A stretch of DNA of 54,498 bases. Source: Hydrurus foetidus. Lineage: Eukaryota. Made by a program: the position numbers and the translations under genes. Below, one piece after another: positions 48,150-54,498 of this stretch (the stretch's first letter is position 1; the number at the start of each line of letters is the position of its first letter). The stretch spans positions 1 through 54,498 of the forward strand of contig UYFQ01000142.1 in the NCBI GenBank assembly GCA_900617105.1, in the 5' to 3' direction. Under the pieces are notes generated by a model that saw nothing but the letters and a program-made list of their open reading frames with translations, made no database searches and was not told where the DNA came from.

Positions 48150-51100
48150 CCTGCAGGAACGGCTGGAATGCTTCCATGTTCTCTTCACGCACAGTGTAAC
48201 TTAACAAGTACAGCATCTCTATCCGTTCCATCTTCTTTTTGCGCCGACACGGGATCCACGCATACGTTGATTCGCGAATCAGATGCCAACCACATTCATC
48301 TCGACGAGCCAACTCTCTACGTGCTGCTTCCCAATGGCAACACAATCGCCTCCATCGGCTCGTGCCTTATTCACATTCCTAACCTCCCTCACTCACTGCT
48401 CACTCATGTATTCCGTGACGATGTGCTAAACACGTCACTTCTCTCCATCGCGCAACTCTGTCAACTTGGTTGTGTCGCCAACTTCAGTGCCACCACCGTC
48501 ACAGTTACCCACAACACTCACACTGTGTTCCAGGGTACCAAGTCATCGGTAACCAACCTTTGGACAGTTCCCATTCCACACCTCGTGGCCACGTCAATAG
48601 CTCATGCTGCTATTGCACTCTCTTCCGACGCTGACTTCGTTCGATTTGTGCATGCGGCACTCGGAAGCCCGTCGCACTCCACGTTTCTCAAAGCCGTTCG
48701 ACGCGGATACTTGCACTTATACCCGCGGCTCACATCCGCTCTCGTATCTGCTCATCCTCCACTTGCTATCGCCACGGCTCAAGGACATTTGGACCAACAT
48801 CGACAAGGCCAGACATCCACTAGAGTCCACGTCAATCTCTTCGATATTGACGACGATGATGATGATAGCGAGGCTAACCAAGCAAAAAACTCTACCTCGC
48901 CAACAGCGCACCAATCATTAGCATACACTCAAGTCGTACTCATGTCAGACACACTACACTCTGACCTCACTGGCCGATTTCCCGTTACTGCGCATACCGG
49001 CGCTCAGTACCTATTTGTGTCAGTGCTAGATGGCTACATACACGTGGAGTCCATGAAGACGCGGCATCACACAGATTATATAACAGCATACAAAAAAACG
49101 CTCAATTTTTTCTCTAAACTTGGTCGCCGTCCCGCTTTTCAGCGACTCGACAATGAGACATCTGGTTCGTTAGAGGCGTTTGCTCTTGCAAGCAACATCT
49201 CCATACAGTACTGCCCCCCTCACACACATCGATCCCTAAAGGCCGAGCGCGCAATTCGAACTTTCAAGAACCATTTTATTGCAACACTCTGCACAGCACC
49301 GCCTGATTTCCCACTCCTGCTCTGGAATGAGCTACTGCCGCAAGTTGAGCTCTGTCTCAACCATCTCATTCCCTACAGTCCCAACATATCTGTTTCTGCA
49401 TATGCGGGCCTCCACGGCGGAGCCTTCGACTTCACAAAGCATCCAATTGCTCCTGCCGGAACGCGCATTCTGATACACGATAAGCCTGCTGTACGCTCCT
49501 CCTGGGCACCACACGGAGTTCCGGGATACTATCTCGGACCCGCCGTTAACCACTATAGATCATACCGTGTCTGGTCAACACCCACCAAAACCACCCGCAT
49601 CACAGATACTGTGGCATGGTTCCCTCACAATCTCACTGTCCCAGGCCTCACTCTGCACGATACCTTACTTCGCGCCGTCGGCACCCTGCACAACGCACTC
49701 ACTGAGTTTTCTCGGTCGTCTGCACCACTGCGGTACGCACCCCAGCCACCTGCACCGCTCATCGACTCCGTTATCACCAACCTTAGCACGCTCCTTGCCC
49801 TCTCGCCCCCGGCCACCAACTCACCCACGTCAGCGGCCCAGTCCCCATCACTTCACCCCGAAGTCCCATTCCCGGCATTCACCCATCTTCCTGCGGCACT
49901 GAGAATCAACTCTCCTGTTCACCATCCTGGCACAGAACAGAGGGTGAGTTCGAATCCCGACTCAGGGCATGAGGCCGTGCTTTCGAATCCCGACGCAGGG
50001 CACGAGGCCGCGAGTTCAAACCCCGCCCCGGTACAGCATGAACATGCGGGCCCAAACTCCGCCTCACTACAACGTAAGCCTACGAATTCACTCATCACCT
50101 CGCGACAACATAAAATTACAGACTCAAGCATATCCATCACGGAGAATGTATCAACTCCAAAAACGCCGTTTCCAGCTCCCTACGATACAGTTTCCACGCC
50201 TCTCCCTCCAGCCAACATCCCTCGGCCTCCCATCCTTCACATGCCCCCAACTATTTTAGAGTGCGTCGAAAACCCAAATTTACTACTTCAAGGCACACAT
50301 GCAGCTAAAGCCTCAATCCCTCTGCCTCCACAAATACTTCGCGCCGTTCAGGTTCCGCACACACAAGCTACAGCCAACACAGCTCTCAATCTCGATGAAG
50401 CTGGACAGCCCTTACGCTACGCCACCGCCAAAGCCGGCAAAAATTCGCATCTCTGGCAACAGGCTGAATCCGAAGAGCTTGCAAGACTCATCACGACTGC
50501 CACTATTGCTCCGATCCACATCCACCAGCAACCTACGGAACGCAGAAACGATACAACATATTACAATCCCCAAACTAAGGAAAAAGAAGCCGCAAATGGC
50601 GAACGTACATATCGAATCAGAGGCACCATCGGCGGAGATAGAATCAACTACCCAGGCCCTACAACAGCCCGCACCGCGGCCATGCCCTTGGTTAAATTGC
50701 TCCTCCACTCTGTCATATCCGACAACAGCAAATGGTTGACAATCGACATTAAGGACTACTATTTGAATACGCCGCTACCCCGTCCAGAATACCTGCGCAT
50801 CTCCACCAAATTTCTCCCACCTGAAACAATTTTAAAGTATGACCTTCACCAATATGTCCAAAATAAATCAGTTCTTTTTCAAGTCAACAAGGGCATGTAT
50901 GGGCTGCCACAAGCCGGCCTACTCGCCCAACAACGTCTAATCACACACCTTGCAGCCCATGGTTATCATCAAACTAGCACAGATTGTTTGTTCCGACACC
51001 AGTCCAACGGCACCGACTTTTCTCTTGTCGTCGACGATTTCGGTGTCAAGTACACCAACAAATCAGGAGCCCAGCACCTTATCGACACATTGCAAATCCT

Positions 51101-52109
51101 ATACGCCATCACAATTAATTGGGCTGGATCCAAGTACCTTGGGTTCGCAATTGATTTCGACTACAGCAATCGTACTGTTACCCTCAGTATGCCAGGATAC
51201 ATCTCCAAAGCTCTCCAACGCTTCGCCGCATCTCTCCAAGTTGGCGCCGATTCTCCGGCTATTTACGTCCCGCCAAAATACGGTATCGGCCAACAGTCTC
51301 CCGCTATTGATGATAGCACTCCGCTTTCGCCCACTAACACCACAATGCTACAAGAAATCGTGGGCTCCCTACTGTACTATGCGCGAGGTGTTGACGTCAC
51401 CATCCTGCCCGCAGTCACCCATTTATCGTCTTTACAATCTCGTCCCACGCAGAATGTCCTCCTAGCTGCTCAACGATTGCTGGCCTACTGCTCCAGATAC
51501 CCAAACAACGCACTACGGTATCATGCTTGCGACATGGTTCTTCACATCCAGTCCGATGCATCGTACCTCTCCCGCCCTAATAGTCGCTCTGTCGCAGGCG
51601 CCATTTTCTATTTAGGCAACGCTGACCAACCCACGCACATCAACGGGTGCGTTCACGCCCTCAGTTCCATTATTCCTGCAGTCGTGGCTTCAGTAGCTGA
51701 AGCCGAGTACGCAGCTCTCTTTCAAGCCGGTCAAGAGGGCACTTGGCTCCGCAGCATACTTGCCTCCCTAGGATATCCCCAACCACCGACACATATTCTT
51801 TGCGACAACAAATGCGCCGTTGGCATCGCGCTCGATACAATCAAACCAAAGCGCACTAAAAGCATAGACATGCGCTATCACTGGATCCGAGATCGAATCC
51901 GACAAGGACAATACATCGTCACTTGGCGAAAAGGCGTCCACAATCTTGCCGACTTCTTTACCAAACCGCTTCCTGTCCATTTACATCGATCGCTAATGCC
52001 CCTATTAGTCCACGTCCCCCCTGCCTCTGAGGCTGCCAACCTCACACCCTCAGCATTGCGAGCCACAAAGCATCGTTTGGCGACCACTTTGCCCACATGT
52101 TCCAACTGA
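48150..52109 (+). CDS. pol: Copia-3 Pol (PR-IN-RT-RH), in frame with gag after TGA
   Basis: ADTGST protease; HSDLTG / LDNE / KAERAIRT integrase; IDIKDYYL, GMYGLPQAG, VVDDFGVKY RT; SDASYL, AEAEY, CDN, ADFFTK RNase H. Confidence 0.96.
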   Translation, partial: PAGTAGMLPCSLHAQCNLTSTASLSVPSSFCADTGSTHTLIRESDANHIHLDEPTLYVLLPNGNTIASIGSCLIHIPNLPHSLLTHVFRDDVLNTSLLSIAQLCQLGCVANFSATTVTVTHNTHTVFQGTKSSVTNLWTVPIPHLVATSIAHAAIALSSDADFVRFVHAALGSPSHSTFLKAVRRGYLHLYPRLTSALVSAHPPLAIATAQGHLDQHRQGQTSTRVHVNLFDIDDDDDDSEANQAKNSTSPTAHQSLAYTQVVLMSDTLHSDLTGRFPVTAHTGAQYLFVSVLDGYIHVESMKTRHHTDYITAYKKTLNFFSKLGRRPAFQRLDNETSGSLEAFALASNISIQYCPPHTHRSLKAERAIRTFKNHFIATLCTAPPDFPLLLWNELLPQVELCLNHLIPYSPNISVSAYAGLHGGAFDFTKHPIAPAGTRILIHDKPAVRSSWAPHGVPGYYLGPAVNHYRSYRVWSTPTKTTRITDTVAWFPHNLTVPGLTLHDTLLRAVGTLHNALTEFSRSSAPLRYAPQPPAPLIDSVITNLSTLLALSPPATNSPTSAAQSPSLHPEVPFPAFTHLPAALRINSPVHHPGTEQRVSSNPDSGHEAVLSNPDAGHEAASSNPAPVQHEHAGPNSASLQRKPTNSLITSRQHKITDSSISITENVSTPKTPFPAPYDTVSTPLPPANIPRPPILHMPPTILECVENPNLLLQGTHAAKASIPLPPQILRAVQVPHTQATANTALNLDEAGQPLRYATAKAGKNSHLWQQAESEELARLITTATIAPIHIHQQPTERRNDTTYYNPQTKEKEAANGERTYRIRGTIGGDRINYPGPTTARTAAMPLVKLLLHSVISDNSKWLTIDIKDYYLNTPLPRPEYLRISTKFLPPETILKYDLHQYVQNKSVLFQVNKGMYGLPQAGLLAQQRLITHLAAHGYHQTSTDCLFRHQSNGTDFSLVVDDFGVKYTNKSGAQHLIDTLQILYAITINWAGSKYLGFAIDFDYSNRTVTLSMPGYISKALQRFAASLQVGADSPAIYVPPKYGIGQQSPAIDDSTPLSPTNTTMLQEIVGSLLYYARGVDVTILPAVTHLSSLQSRPTQNVLLAAQRLLAYCSRYPNNALRYHACDMVLHIQSDASYLSRPNSRSVAGAIFYLGNADQPTHINGCVHALSSIIPAVVASVAEAEYAALFQAGQEGTWLRSILASLGYPQPPTHILCDNKCAVGIALDTIKPKRTKSIDMRYHWIRDRIRQGQYIVTWRKGVHNLADFFTKPLPVHLHRSLMPLLVHVPPASEAANLTPSALRATKHRLATTLPTCSN

Positions 52110-52428
52110 TGAACCGGAAACTTATCATATTCCCATTAGGCAAAAGGAATGCCCCTTCCAACCGCCTTGTGTACGTGCTCATCACCGAGGGCCCTCCAGT
52201 TGGGCGTCCCTCTACAGGCCTTCACACTACACAGCGGCGGATCGGGGGATTTACCTTACGGCTGGCACACCCTACTACCCAGCAGCGAAAACCCCTCTTA
52301 CGTATTGGAGATTCGAACCACGGGCCTCTCAATTATAGCGGCTATATTGCTAACCAGCTACGTCAGATCCACTGGTAAAATGCTCGCTTTCGACTACCTG
52401 TTCACACACTCACATGTTTCAGAGGGTG

Positions 52429-52669
52429 TGTTGATTAACGCCCGATAGTACAGCAAATAAATCGGATGCAGCAGCTAATAGCGCGGTCACTGATACGATT
52501 AGATGCTACTTCCATATATACACACATCGCACGCAATCATCATTTATACAAACATCGTCATTTGAATCAACAGATAGTCAACCACTTCTCGCATAATTTA
52601 ATTCCAACACTCGTGAAATACGATCATTCATTTCACCTTTGGTCCGTAATCAAATCTACGGCATCAACA
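52429..52669 (+). repeat. Copia-3 3' LTR
   Basis: Direct repeat of 46806-47046, preceded by the PPT. Confidence 0.97.
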
Positions 52670-52899
52670 GTGTAGTCCAGGTTCCCACGAGCAAGAATCG
52701 GTACTTTTCACAGCAAACGGAATAAAATTGACGGAGATAAATGTACCGAAACTTTTTCGAATCTGGGAAAGGTTTGGGTGACAGGTGGGGTGGCTGACCT
52801 TGTAAACGGTCCGCGTACTGCGTATGGGCAGACGCAGGTTCTAAACCGTGATATCGGCTTCACCGTTATAGCTGCTTAACCGTCCTATGAGGACAGGTG

Positions 52900-54498
52900 T
52901 TGGTGTTGGAGCATAGTTGGCAACCGGCCAAGTATCAGACAGAAGCGTTGTGTACTTCGAATTGTTACAATTAAATTATGGTTGATCATGGAAGACGTTG
53001 ATGCAGCAGATTACTATTCAAAGTTGGTCTGTACTGTGTTGACTGTGGGTATCACCATGTTGTAGTTGATCCTCGAAAAATCCGGTACTGGTACCTGGAT
53101 TTATTTCGAGGTTAGATTGAGTTCAAGTAAGCTACAAATAGGAGTACGTCAGAGAGAGGTTCATTGTGCTTGCATATTATGTGTATCGTAGGTCTATCTA
53201 CTCTCGTTTTATTGAGCGTGGAAATTATTCTACTGCTTAGTTATACCGTACTCCGGAGTGTCCGGTATAGTGGGAAGCCAACATACCCCTTAATTTATAC
53301 GGCAAAAATAAAAATTCGGAATCTGGTCCAGAGTCCGCGACTTGAGTGTTGAGACGGAACTTGGGTCATGGGATGGAACTTGGGTCGCAGCCACTCTGCT
53401 TGTCAAGAGATAGATTCATCTTATTTAGTACGGGAGTCATCTTGGGTTGAACTCTCTGTCATAGGGCATGGGGCCGCACCCATGATCCTGTCTCGCATTG
53501 TCCTGAACAAGGATCCTTGAAGGGGCTTCGTCATGATATCAGCAATCATATTCTCAGTAGGGCAGTACACTAGCTTGATGATGTTCTGGGTGAGAAGGTC
53601 GTGTATCCAGAAGAATCCGATACGGATGTGGCGGGAAAGCTCTGACGTGGGCCTTCCGTTCTCCACTAGCTTGATTGTTGATTGATTGTCTTGGAGCACT
53701 GTAACTGGTGATCTCGGGTACCCCTGGTTCTCAATGAAGTAAGAGCTCCATAAGCTCTGCTGCAGTCCCTTGGACAGTGCAACCAACTCTGCTTCACATG
53801 AGGATGTGGTGTTCAGCTTCTGAGTGGTTGACTTGCTGTAACAGATCCCTGTTCCTAGGGTAATGCATACCCCTGAGTGTGACTCCATATCAGGATGAGT
53901 AGCGAAGGATGCATCGATGAATGTAGTTACCTTAGGAGGAAGGTGACATCCGAGTCTGAGGGGGATGTCTGCTGTGCCTTCTGCGTATCCGATGTATCTA
54001 GCAAGTTTGCGTCCGTCCTCTTCATTTGGCCCAAGTACTCGTTTCATTAGGAAGGAGAGTGGGGTAAGCATGTCGGGTCTTGCTCGGCAAGTGATGAAGT
54101 TGAACTTTGCAATAACCGAGTGGAACGTGGCCTTGTATTCGTCTGACAGAGGAGGACTATCAGGTGACGATTCAAATAGCTGCTTGATAGAGTGGGATTT
54201 TGGACTCGTATTAGGAATCTTGAAGTGACCGATGGCCCTTGTCTTGCTGACTATGTCTTCAAACATGCCGGTTTGGTTGATGGTCACGTAGGGAGGATCG
54301 GAGAAATCCATGCTATTCCCAGGTAGTTATGGATTTTACCTGAGGTGACTTTCAATTCCTTGTATCTTACCTCGAGGGCTGCTACCACTGCTTCTGCATG
54401 TTGCAGTTTGGTGCTGGTGATCAGTAAGTCGTCCACATAGATGGCTATGGTAGTCTGATGTCCGGACTGGTCCTTGTTGAGAATGCATTTCTCATACG
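52900..54498 (-). mobile_element. Copia-4: 3' portion of a Ty1/Copia element running off the right edge
   Basis: On the minus strand, PPT AGGGGTA then LTR start TGTTGG at 53283. Far LTR end uncertain (TGTTG candidates at 52898, 52904, 53037, 53058). RT/RH coding sequence upstream. Confidence 0.8.
53421..54498 (-). pseudogene. pol: Copia-4 RT C-terminus and RNase H, with a 1-bp frameshift near 54312-54316
   Basis: IYVDDLLIT...HNYLG in one frame, then MDFSD...IDASFATH...CEAELVA...LQDN...ADIMTKPL in another. Confidence 0.9.

Larger units (their letters stand above)
46806..52669 (+). mobile_element. Copia-3: full-length, young Ty1/Copia element (resembles diatom CoDi-type), TSD GTGTA
   Basis: 241-bp LTRs at 46806-47046 and 52429-52669 (TGTTG...CAACA, 1 mismatch). 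PPT AGAGGGTG at 52421-52428. GTGTA at 52670-52674 and, once the pogo element is removed, at 42747-42751. Confidence 0.97.

Noticed and set aside
46843..52675. Duplicated MQQLIARS... ORFs at 46843 and 52466
   Set aside because: Incidental ORFs in the two Copia-3 LTRs.
52675..52900. Continuation of Copia-2 integrase region beyond Copia-3
   Set aside because: No integrase motifs and no second Copia-2 LTR are recognisable, so I cannot support the call.

Overview
Eukaryotic genomic DNA: GT-AG introns and a CFAP70-like gene point to a flagellated lineage, and the TE types suggest a stramenopile (inference). Two host genes lie between two nests of transposable elements: a long multi-exon CFAP70-like TPR gene (22650-38732 +) and a small TMA17/ADC17-like gene (40091-40570 -). 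Left nest: (i) an intron-containing Crypton-like tyrosine recombinase gene whose last codons form part of a ~22-copy ~171-bp tandem array; (ii) a probable non-autonomous Helentron-type element; (iii) inside it, a Copia element with a CCCH zinc finger, a large unexplained domain between Gag and protease, and a structured in-frame UAG after the protease; (iv) also inside it, an IS3EU-type DNA transposon with a second convergent gene, a 209-bp intronic satellite and a (TTTC)n tract that disrupts the transposase. Right nest: a truncated Copia, a young intact Copia with a UGA-C plus long hairpin readthrough signal, an intact pogo-like DD35D transposon inserted into that Copia's target-site duplication, and a fourth, frameshifted Copia running off the right edge. 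Family assignments come from motif recognition by eye; no database search was run.
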